From positions 1-28,390 of the forward strand of contig JBDNAO010000517.1 of NCBI GenBank assembly GCA_039768375.1: a DNA stretch of 28,390 bases. The letters run 5' to 3'. The DNA comes from Desulfobacterales bacterium. Lineage in GTDB: Bacteria; Desulfobacterota; Desulfobacteria; Desulfobacterales; SG8-13. Below, piece by piece: positions 1-7,351 of this stretch. How positions within the stretch are numbered: position 1 is the first letter of the stretch; each line of letters starts with the position of its first letter. A program made the translations under genes and the position numbers. The notes beneath the pieces are model-generated. The model did not search any database. It was not told the DNA's origin and saw nothing but the letters and a program-made list of their open reading frames with translations.

Positions 1-386
1 AGCATGGCAATCACGGCCTCAGGGACCATCGGCATATAGATCAACACGCGATCGCCCTTTGCGACGCCCTGGGCCGCCAGAGCACCGGCAAACTTGGCCA
101 CCTCGTCACGCAGCTGTGAGTAGGTAAAGGTTTTGATAGTGTCGGTCACCGGGCTGTCATAGATCAAAGCCGCCTGAGAGCCGCGGCCCTGATCGATGTG
201 AAGATCGAGGGCGTTATAAGCGGTGTTGATCTCTCCGCCTTTGAACCACCGGTAAAAGGGCTTGTTGGAATCGTCCAATACCTTGTCCCACTTCTTGTAC
301 CAGTGCACATTTTCCCCGGCCTCACCCCAGAAACCATTGGGGTCCTTGATCGATTTTTCAAAAGCCGCATCGTATTGATTGGTCAT
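1..386 (-). CDS. prpE: Propionyl-CoA synthetase-like acyl-CoA synthetase (5' part only, runs off window)
   Basis: Not in the ORF track; translated by hand from ATG 386: MTNQYDAAFEKSIKDPNGFWGEAGENVHWYKKWDKVLDDSNKPFYRWFKGGEINTAYNALDLHIDQGRGSQAALIYDSPVTDTIKTFTYSQLRDEVAKFAGALAAQGVAKGDRVLIYMPMVPEAVIAML. SD AGGAGG 7 nt upstream. N-terminus resembles PrpE/ACSS3-type enzymes; substrate is inferred. Confidence 0.75.
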   Translation of the reverse strand, partial: MTNQYDAAFEKSIKDPNGFWGEAGENVHWYKKWDKVLDDSNKPFYRWFKGGEINTAYNALDLHIDQGRGSQAALIYDSPVTDTIKTFTYSQLRDEVAKFAGALAAQGVAKGDRVLIYMPMVPEAVIAM

Positions 387-470
387 GTGTCATCCTCCTT
401 TTTGTGATAGTTCAAACCATTATCGTTTTTATGATAAAGATCGCTTTGCGGATCGACTTGTCAGCGTCAG

Positions 471-722
471 CCTGTCGGCAGGAAGGCATCCGCGCCTTAG
501 GCCGGGGCGGCCTATCCACACTCAGACACCCCTGTCGTCAACTTGAAGTTGATGCCTTATAAGTTCCCCTTTGAAAAGGGGAATTGAGGGGATTTTCAAA
601 CGTCGAAAAAGAAATCCCCCTTACCCCCTTTTTCAGAGGGGGGATTTTAGACCCTCAGTCAACAACATCGAGGCAGACGCCAAAAACATCGCCTCCTATA
701 AGGCGGGCGGCCTGCCGACAGG
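471..722. repeat. Nested palindromic MITE/REP-like element
   Basis: Perfect 12-bp terminal inverted repeat CCTGTCGGCAGG (471-482) / CCTGCCGACAGG (711-722). Inner IR GCCTTATA (554-561) / TATAAGGC (697-704). Hairpins TTCCCCTTT-GA-AAAGGGGAA (564-583) and GGGGATTT (588-595) / AAATCCCC (612-619). Confidence 0.7.
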
Positions 723-770
723 AACATCAATTCTAATTCTTCATCGTTGATTCACAGAACTTTGTTTCGC

Positions 771-809
771 CCGGATTATTAAACCGGATCATAAGACCGG
801 ATTATGAAC
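771..809. repeat. 3 x 13-bp imperfect tandem repeat
   Basis: CCGGATTATTAAA / CCGGATCATAAGA / CCGGATTATGAAC. Confidence 0.8.
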
Positions 810-929
810 AGGGTCGTAACATCAGTTTTTCGTAACAGATTAATAAGGGCCTCTCAAGAGGTTATGACGGCGTGTTGCGAATAAAAATGGATCTTCGCCT
901 CTGGCGCCTGATTGCTTGGGTTCGTTTAC

Positions 930-969
930 GAACCGGTGCCGGTTGTCCGGCAGAATCGGTTCCTTTTTT
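930..969 (+). terminator. Terminator-like hairpin with T-tract on + strand
   Basis: GAACCG (930-935) / CGGTTC (957-962) enclosing TGCCGG-TTGT-CCGGCA, then T6 (964-969). Confidence 0.45.
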
Positions 970-981
970 GCCGCAGAGCAT

Positions 982-1021
982 CCGGCCGGAAGAACGGACA
1001 TTCTTCCGGCCGGGTTTTTTT
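982..1021 (+). terminator. Intrinsic terminator-like hairpin (T-tract on + strand); lies downstream of the minus-strand SSS/microprotein genes
   Basis: Perfect 13-bp stem CCGGCCGGAAGAA (982-994) / TTCTTCCGGCCGG (1001-1013), then G and T7. Confidence 0.65.
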
Positions 1022-1044
1022 ATTCTGGGACAGGGCTCAGAGGT

Positions 1045-1131
1045 CTACCCCCAGAGGCCCCATCCGAAGGATGCGGTGAATAGGATGCTAAAGGCAACGA
1101 TGCCGATCAACCACAGGTCTTCAGATTTCAT
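1045..1131 (-). CDS. 28-aa single-TM microprotein (below ORF-track cutoff)
   Basis: ATG 1131 to TAG 1045: MKSEDLWLIGIVAFSILFTASFGWGLWG. SD GAGGAG 8 nt upstream; starts 30 nt after the SSS stop; one hydrophobic helix. Confidence 0.7.
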   Translation of the reverse strand: MKSEDLWLIGIVAFSILFTASFGWGLWG

Positions 1132-1161
1132 GGTTTTTTCTCCTCTGCTGTCGGTTATCGG

Positions 1162-2979
1162 TTAGGCTTCCTTGACCACGATCATGGTTTCAACTTCGGC
1201 GCGCTGGATCTGCACCTCGGAGGTCGTCGACATCTCGGCCTTGAAGGTCAGGGCCCACATCATGATGATGCCGAGGATCCACCAGAAGATCTGCCAGGAC
1301 CACAGGGACGGAAACCCGGCAAATGAAAAGGCATTGTTGCCCAGGATACAGGCCGGACCGATGGCGAAGAAATACCAGATCGGAACGACGATCTTCATGG
1401 CGTTGCGCCACTTGCGGCCGGATTCACTGCACGCGTCGATGTCGTCAAGGAAGGCGCGCACCTCGTTCTGGCGCTTGATCGTCTCTTCGTTGTCCTTTAT
1501 CCCGAGACCGCGGCAGAGATAGGCCACCAGCAGACCGATGCCGGTCCCCCAGCCAGCGCAGTGAAAGGAGAGCGGGTACTTCCAGACGTAATAGGTGAGA
1601 AAAACCGCGACCATGCCGGCGAGGACCCCTAAGGAGGCGCCGACGCTCGGGAAGCGGAAGCCCCAGTGGACCCCCAAGAGATAAACGTACATCACGAACC
1701 CGAAGGCGGTGGCCAGGGCCCCCAAAATAACCAGGGCGGCTTTGGAGGTCAAACCGACCGTCAAAGCGGCAATGGTCACGACGGTCGCCAGCAGGCGGTT
1801 GACCCAGATCTGCTCCGCGTGGCCGGCCTGCTGCTTGCGGATATAGCGCCAGTAGACGTCGCGCAGCAGGATGGTGCCGCCGGTGCCGATATACGGCGCG
1901 GCCGTGGAATGGATGGCCGCGATGGCGCCCAGGAAGACGACGCCGAGCACGAAGGGCGGCAGGTAGGTGACCATTAGAATCGGCACCACATCGGAGTCCT
2001 TGGTGAATTCCAGAACCCCTTGGAGCTGGAGAATCTTGGAGCCCATGCCCTGAAAGGCGGTGAAGAAGAACAGGGCGAAGCCGACCACGAAGGTCGACAT
2101 GAAGGTCTGCTGCCAGGCCAGGGGCTTCGGGGACTTGATGCCGAAGTTCCAGAGCGTGAAGGCCGGCGAGGACTGGATCCCCATCAGGGCGAACATGTAA
2201 GACAAAATCATGACCGCGGTCCAGATGGTCTCGCTGTTGGCCTTGGCATAGGCAACGGTTTGCATGGTCGGGTAGACGACCGCCGGAACTTCCAGCATCC
2301 GGTGCTTCATATCAGCTGGCATTTCCATGAGATTCTTGGTAAACGCCGTCCAGCCGCCGATGGCATCCGAGGTGATAACGTAGTAGCCCAGCAGGATGAT
2401 GCCGCCCACCAGCAGGATGAACTGGAGCACGCCGACCCAGGTGCTGGCCTTCAGGCCGCCGGAGCAGACGTAGAACCAGACGATGAAGGCCATGAAGATG
2501 GCGCCGAAGGTCACCGGTACGCCGGCCACCCAGTGGAAGAGCGCGGCCGAGGCCATCAGCTGAACCGCGGAATAAAACATGGAGTACAGAAACGCCGTGA
2601 AGACCGTCAACCAGCGGGCGGCCTCAGAGTTGAAGTAATAGGCGAACATGTCGCCGGGAGTGATGAACCCGTAGCGTTTGCCCATCAACCAGTTCCGTTT
2701 GGCGAAAAACGCACCGGTGATCGGAATGGTGAGAACGTAAAAGGATGCAAACGCGTAGGCCAGACCGTCACGCCAAATAAGGCCGGGGTGACCGATGAAG
2801 GTCCAGCCGGAAAACGAGGCTGCCGTCGCCGCCATCAAAAACGCGATGAAGGGGATGGAACGGCCCGCGATCGCATACCCGGCGGAGGTTTTTTCGGAGA
2901 AGTACCCCTTCAACCCCCAGTAGAAGCAGTAGATGATGTAAATGCCGAGCATTATGTAAACCCAAGTGGTTCCGCTCAT
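1162..2979 (-). CDS. Sodium:solute symporter (SSS family), probable short-chain monocarboxylate transporter
   Basis: 605 aa, highly hydrophobic; SSS motifs (ATAASFSGWTFIGHPG, YVCSGGLKASTWVGVLQ, AIAAIHSTAA); SD AGGAGG. Substrate inferred from its position between acs and prpE. Confidence 0.9.
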   Translation of the reverse strand: MSGTTWVYIMLGIYIIYCFYWGLKGYFSEKTSAGYAIAGRSIPFIAFLMAATAASFSGWTFIGHPGLIWRDGLAYAFASFYVLTIPITGAFFAKRNWLMGKRYGFITPGDMFAYYFNSEAARWLTVFTAFLYSMFYSAVQLMASAALFHWVAGVPVTFGAIFMAFIVWFYVCSGGLKASTWVGVLQFILLVGGIILLGYYVITSDAIGGWTAFTKNLMEMPADMKHRMLEVPAVVYPTMQTVAYAKANSETIWTAVMILSYMFALMGIQSSPAFTLWNFGIKSPKPLAWQQTFMSTFVVGFALFFFTAFQGMGSKILQLQGVLEFTKDSDVVPILMVTYLPPFVLGVVFLGAIAAIHSTAAPYIGTGGTILLRDVYWRYIRKQQAGHAEQIWVNRLLATVVTIAALTVGLTSKAALVILGALATAFGFVMYVYLLGVHWGFRFPSVGASLGVLAGMVAVFLTYYVWKYPLSFHCAGWGTGIGLLVAYLCRGLGIKDNEETIKRQNEVRAFLDDIDACSESGRKWRNAMKIVVPIWYFFAIGPACILGNNAFSFAGFPSLWSWQIFWWILGIIMMWALTFKAEMSTTSEVQIQRAEVETMIVVKEA

Positions 2980-3223
2980 TTTTTCCTCCTGTACAATCGT
3001 CGCTGCAATTGATTGTCAAATTATAATGTGGATGCGTCGAAGCGTTACAACCGTCACTTATTCGGTACCACCTCCTTTCGATACGCCATCAAATCCGGTT
3101 CGACGTCCGCCGGTGGCTGAAGCCCGTTCTTCAGTAACACCGGATTGGCCTTGTGCGGGCGCCTGAATTAGAAAGACCTTTTTTCATATCGGTTCGACTC
3201 CGTCTCCGGAGCGGTTAATTTTT

Positions 3224-3264
3224 CAGGAGCGGATGGCGACAGACTCCCGCGCCACCCGCTCCTG
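3224..3264. other. GC-rich hairpin 19 nt downstream of the acs stop
   Basis: CAGGAGCGG (3224-3232) / CCGCTCCTG (3256-3264) with inner TGGCG/CGCCA pairing; no U-tract after it on the minus strand. Confidence 0.5.
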
Positions 3265-3283
3265 GACATTCCGATGGCGATGA

Positions 3284-5317
3284 TCAACCCTGAACCATCT
3301 TTTTGATTTCTGTAACAATTTCAGGGTTCGCCAGGGTGGTGACATCACCCTCGTCCTGTTTGTTGGAGATCGAGCCAAGCACCCGGCGCATGATCTTGCC
3401 GGAGCGCGTCTTGGGCATGTCGGGGACGATCCAGACGTGCCGCGGTTTGGCGATTTTGCCGATCTCGGTGGATATGGTGTCGGAGATCTTCTTTGCCAGT
3501 TCCGGGCTGGCCTTATACCCGGGCTTGAGAGCAATGTACATATCCGGCTCTTTACCCTTGATCTCGTGGGCCACCGGCACCACCGCAGCTTCGGCCACTT
3601 CTTCACAAACCAGGGCGGCGGATTCGATTTCCTTGGTGCCCAGGCGGTGGCCCGACACGTTGATGACGTCGTCGATGCGGCCCAGGATGCGCACGTAACC
3701 GTCTTCGGCCACCACGGCGGCATCGCCGGTCATGTACGGCCAGTCCTGCCACTTCTTGCTCTTGGGATTCTTGCAGTAGCGGGCGAAATAGGTCTCGACA
3801 AACCGGTCGCGGTCGCCCCAGATGGTCTGGAACATGCCCGGCCAGGGGTTCTGGATGCAGATGTTGCCGGCCTTGCCCGAACCTGCCGGTACCTCGGTGC
3901 CCTCGTCGTCGTAGACAATCGGGTGGATGCCGGGCATACCCGGTCCGGCGCTGCCCGGTTTCATCGGAAGGATACCCGGCAGGGTGCTGCAGAGGAATCC
4001 GCCGGTTTCGGTCTGCCACCAGGTGTCCACGATGGCGGCCTTGCCCTGGCCGACGACGTTGTAATACCACTTCCACACTTCGGGCTCGATCGGCTCGCCC
4101 ACGGTGGTCATGTGTTTGAACTCATAATTGTACTTGGCGGGTTCATCGGGTCCGATTTTTCGCAGAGCGCGGATGGCCGTCGGCGCGGTGTGAAAGATGT
4201 TCACATCCAGATCCTGGGCGATCCGCCAGGCGCGTCCGGCATCCGGATAGGTGGGAACGCCTTCGTAAATCACCGACGATGCGGCGATGGCCAGCGGGCC
4301 GTAGACGATGTAAGAGTGACCCGTGATCCAGCCGATGTCGGCCATGCACCAGTAAACATCGGTCGGATGGATGTCTTGCACGTATTTGGAGGTGCCGGCG
4401 GTATAGGCCAGGAATCCACCGGTGCCGTGCTGGCAGCCCTTGGGTTTTCCGGTGGTGCCGCTGGTGTACATCAAAAACAGCGGGTCCTCGGCATTCATCT
4501 TTTCGGGTTCGACCCGGGCGCCGTAGTAGTCTTTGAGCACCTCGTTGACAAAATAATCCCGGCCGTCGGCCATCGCTGTCGGGCTGGAGGCCTTGCCGGT
4601 ATAGCGCTGCCATACGAGGACCTTGTCGACCTTCTGTCCGTCCTTGCCCGCCAGATCGACGGCAATATCGGCATTTTGCTTGTGGTCGAGCAGGGTCCCA
4701 CTACGGTAATAAGCGTCGGCAGTGATCAACACCCGGCTGCCGGAGTCGACGATGCGGTCGGCACAGGCGCGGCCGCTGAATCCACCGAACACCTGGCTGT
4801 GAATGACCCCGAGGCGGGCACAGGCCAGCATAGTAATCGGCAGTTCCGGTATCATCGGCATGTGAAGGGTCACCCGGTCACCCCGTTTGAGCCCGGCGAA
4901 ATCCCTCAGAAGCGCCGCGAATTCGTTTACGCGGACATACAATTCCTGATACGTGATGTGCTGGTAGCCTTCTTCAAGCGGTTCCGGCACGAAATGAAGC
5001 GCGGTCTTGTTCTTGTATTCAGCCAGATGACGGTCCACGCAGTTGTAACTGGCATTGATCTTTCCGCCTTTGAACCACTTGTAGCACGGCGCATCGCTGG
5101 TATCCAGGATCTCGTCCCAGTATTCGTACCAGGTCAGCAGGTCGGCGTATTCCTTGTAGCAGTTCGGGAAATTGTCCAGGCTGAAACGATCATAGACTTT
5201 TTCATCGGTCATATTGGCCTGGGCGATGAATTTCGGTGTGGGATAATAGAGTCCTTCTTCCTGCCAGTGAACGGCAATCTGAGCTTCTGAAGTTTCGACG
5301 ATTTCTTTCTCTGCCAT
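3284..5317 (-). CDS. acs: Acetyl-CoA synthetase (AMP-forming acetate--CoA ligase)
   Basis: 677 aa; YTSGTTGKPKG, DIGWITGHSY, DTWWQTETGG, PKTRSGKIMRR; SD TAAGGAG. Confidence 0.95.
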   Translation of the reverse strand: MAEKEIVETSEAQIAVHWQEEGLYYPTPKFIAQANMTDEKVYDRFSLDNFPNCYKEYADLLTWYEYWDEILDTSDAPCYKWFKGGKINASYNCVDRHLAEYKNKTALHFVPEPLEEGYQHITYQELYVRVNEFAALLRDFAGLKRGDRVTLHMPMIPELPITMLACARLGVIHSQVFGGFSGRACADRIVDSGSRVLITADAYYRSGTLLDHKQNADIAVDLAGKDGQKVDKVLVWQRYTGKASSPTAMADGRDYFVNEVLKDYYGARVEPEKMNAEDPLFLMYTSGTTGKPKGCQHGTGGFLAYTAGTSKYVQDIHPTDVYWCMADIGWITGHSYIVYGPLAIAASSVIYEGVPTYPDAGRAWRIAQDLDVNIFHTAPTAIRALRKIGPDEPAKYNYEFKHMTTVGEPIEPEVWKWYYNVVGQGKAAIVDTWWQTETGGFLCSTLPGILPMKPGSAGPGMPGIHPIVYDDEGTEVPAGSGKAGNICIQNPWPGMFQTIWGDRDRFVETYFARYCKNPKSKKWQDWPYMTGDAAVVAEDGYVRILGRIDDVINVSGHRLGTKEIESAALVCEEVAEAAVVPVAHEIKGKEPDMYIALKPGYKASPELAKKISDTISTEIGKIAKPRHVWIVPDMPKTRSGKIMRRVLGSISNKQDEGDVTTLANPEIVTEIKKMVQG

Positions 5318-5424
5318 AGATCACACTCCTTACAGCTTGTGGTTGCAATGTTGACGGACGATCATCCGACGGTTTACTTCAAACGCCAAACTTCTAGTTC
5401 ACCTACCTCCTTTCCTCCGATTTT

Positions 5425-5442
5425 TTGTGAAAAATTTCACCA
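5425..5442. promoter_or_regulatory. Rex-box / CRP-family-like palindromic operator upstream of acs
   Basis: TTGTGAA-AAAT-TTCACCA: one mismatch from the Rex consensus TTGTGAA-N4-TTCACAA; also fits CRP-type TGTGA-N6-TCACA (TCACC). Confidence 0.6.
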
Positions 5443-5568
5443 CAAATGGACTTGCCATAACTGCTCTGCAAAGGTTGCCCGATCGTCTCAGATCCTGTTG
5501 ATTCCGGTCGGGTGTTCGGCCCTCAGCGCAGCCTCCCTTCATTTTTTTAGATGGGCGGGCCGACAGCA

Positions 5569-6234
5569 TCAGTTTCTCCTTTTGCTGGAATTGTCGGTCG
5601 CAACCGTTTTGGTGATACCCTGGCGGAAGATTTCAAATGCCGCCTCGAGCGTCGGCTTCAGGTAATCCTTGTCCTGATTGATGATCCGTTTGCTTTCCTC
5701 CCAAAGGACGATCCCGGAAAACATCGCCCACAGAATGTCGGCCAGAGCCACCGGGTGTTGGTCGATAAAGGCTCCCTTGCGAATACCTTCTTCGAAAATA
5801 TCGGCCATCGAGCCCAGTGAACTCTTGGAAAGCTGCTTGATTTCCTCCATCAGCTCCGGGGACAGGCTCTTGAGGGTTTCGCTGGACTGGAGGTGGAACA
5901 TGTTGATCAAAATGAGCGGATCGAATGCGTACACGTCATAAAGCGCCTGCTTCAACGATGCGATACGGTCGTCGTGGTCGCTGTAGGATTCGTTCTTGAC
6001 GTGTTCAAGCCGGATGTTGAGGTGCTTGAGAATGCGCAAAGAAAGCGAGGCGTAAAGTTCGTCCTTGTTCTTAAAATAGATGTAGATGGTCCCGGGACTG
6101 AGCTCCGCCTCTTTGGCGATGTCCTCCATGGTGGCCTTGTTGAAGCCTTTGGCGGAAAAAACCCTTTTGGCGGCCACGATGATCTGCTGGCGCCGTCTTT
6201 CGCGTTCTCGTTCTTTCCGCTCTTGGATGCCCAT
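5569..6234 (-). CDS. TetR/AcrR family transcriptional regulator
   Basis: N-terminal HTH IIVAAKRVFSAKGFNKATMEDIAKEAELSPGTIYIYFKNKDEL. Confidence 0.93.
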   Translation of the reverse strand: MGIQERKERERERRRQQIIVAAKRVFSAKGFNKATMEDIAKEAELSPGTIYIYFKNKDELYASLSLRILKHLNIRLEHVKNESYSDHDDRIASLKQALYDVYAFDPLILINMFHLQSSETLKSLSPELMEEIKQLSKSSLGSMADIFEEGIRKGAFIDQHPVALADILWAMFSGIVLWEESKRIINQDKDYLKPTLEAAFEIFRQGITKTVATDNSSKRRN

Positions 6235-6268
6235 TATTTTTATGAATCCAATTTAGTCGTTACAGATG

Positions 6269-6296
6269 TTTATAAGCGATAGGTTTTATTTGTCAA
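6269..6296 (-). promoter_or_regulatory. sigma70-type promoter for the TetR gene
   Basis: TTGACA (6296-6291) - 16 nt - TATAAA (6274-6269). Confidence 0.55.
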
Positions 6297-6617
6297 GAAA
6301 AAATTGATCAGAATCTTAATTTTTATGGTGTTTTTTTAATTGAATTCATATATTAAATTATCGTATAAATACAGAATTTTAGGAAAGGCTATCGTGGTTG
6401 CGACCCGCTTTGCGGCAACATGGCTTGCCCATACATGGATCATTTTATAAATGATGACGCAAAATTGGTCTTGCCAGACAGGAGTCGGATGCATTATGAA
6501 AGGACGGCCGCAAAACGTCGGACATTGGGTCAAGACGGGGTTGCGGCCTTTTTCTGAAAGCGTCACCGGCAAGCCCGGCCGCGGACAAAATCATCTTCAT
6601 AATTGCAGAAAGATTAT

Positions 6618-7031
6618 ATGTTTAATACAGCTATAAAGTTCGGGACATATCCGAGGAATGTGAAGAGAGGCATCGTCTGCCTGACGTTGGGATGGATCGT
6701 GCACCTCGCATTTTATTTCAAATTTTTTACCGGCGATGTTTTGGTCCGTAGCGACTACTTAATGGCGGTGGTCGGAATCGCGATTTGCTATTTTGTGGCC
6801 AGCATCAATACCTGGGCCCGGGCGCTGAGCTTTTTTTTCAATATCGGCATTCTTGTCATCTACCTGGCGCTGCTGGTATTCCAAAAGGCCGCTCTTGAGC
6901 TTCAGATGCTGACGATCACGGTGATTGTTCTTTTTGCCCTGGCCACCTATTATTTATTGCGTAAAGACTCAGCCGAGTTTTTCAGGAGTGTCAATGCCGA
7001 TAAGACGCAAGACAGTGAAAAAAAGATATAA
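6618..7031 (+). CDS. Hypothetical membrane protein (about 4 TM)
   Basis: Open from TTG 6603; ATG 6618 chosen. Four hydrophobic segments and a charged C-terminal tail. Confidence 0.7.
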   Translation: MFNTAIKFGTYPRNVKRGIVCLTLGWIVHLAFYFKFFTGDVLVRSDYLMAVVGIAICYFVASINTWARALSFFFNIGILVIYLALLVFQKAALELQMLTITVIVLFALATYYLLRKDSAEFFRSVNADKTQDSEKKI

Positions 7032-7102
7032 ATCGATTCCTTCAAAGAGCGTCTATCGACAAAACGTCCACCCATAACAGAAACCAGAGAGCTGACACGA
7101 CC

Positions 7103-7327
7103 ATGCCCCTGCCTTCAAAAGAGATCCAGTGCCAATGCGGCCACGTCATGACGCTGCAATCGAAAAAACTGAGATGTATCAAGTGCGGGAAGTTTTTGTT
7201 TTACGACGAGAAGGAAAAACGGCGGCACACCACCAACCAGCTCTACGCTGTCGCCATGCTGGCCCTGGCCATCGGGATCGTTGCCTATCTCTTCGTCGAA
7301 ATGATCGTCGAGCCGCTTTTTGGATAA
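7103..7327 (+). CDS. Small protein with putative Zn ribbon and C-terminal TM helix
   Basis: 74 aa; CQCGH...CIKCGK, then LYAVAMLALAIGIVAYLFV. Confidence 0.7.
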   Translation: MPLPSKEIQCQCGHVMTLQSKKLRCIKCGKFLFYDEKEKRRHTTNQLYAVAMLALAIGIVAYLFVEMIVEPLFG

Positions 7328-7351
7328 AGGGCGCGGCAAGAAAAATTGCGG

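Noticed and set aside
481-510. IS200/IS605-like subterminal hairpin (GCGCCTTAGGCCGGGG)
   Set aside because: Similarity is loose and there is no tnpA/tnpB remnant; kept only as part of the repeat description.
872-1165. 97-aa + strand ORF in the track
   Set aside because: It spans two hairpins and is antisense to the better-supported 28-aa ORF; no SD and no protein-like features.
2020-5290. Long + strand ORFs (330 aa at 2020-3012, 617 aa at 3437-5290) and similar ORFs opposite uvrB, recB and recC
   Set aside because: Antisense shadows of real GC-rich genes; no motifs.
5442-5458. sigma54 promoter upstream of acs (TGGCAAGTCCATTTGT, minus strand)
   Set aside because: The -12 GC dinucleotide is absent at the required GG-N10 spacing.
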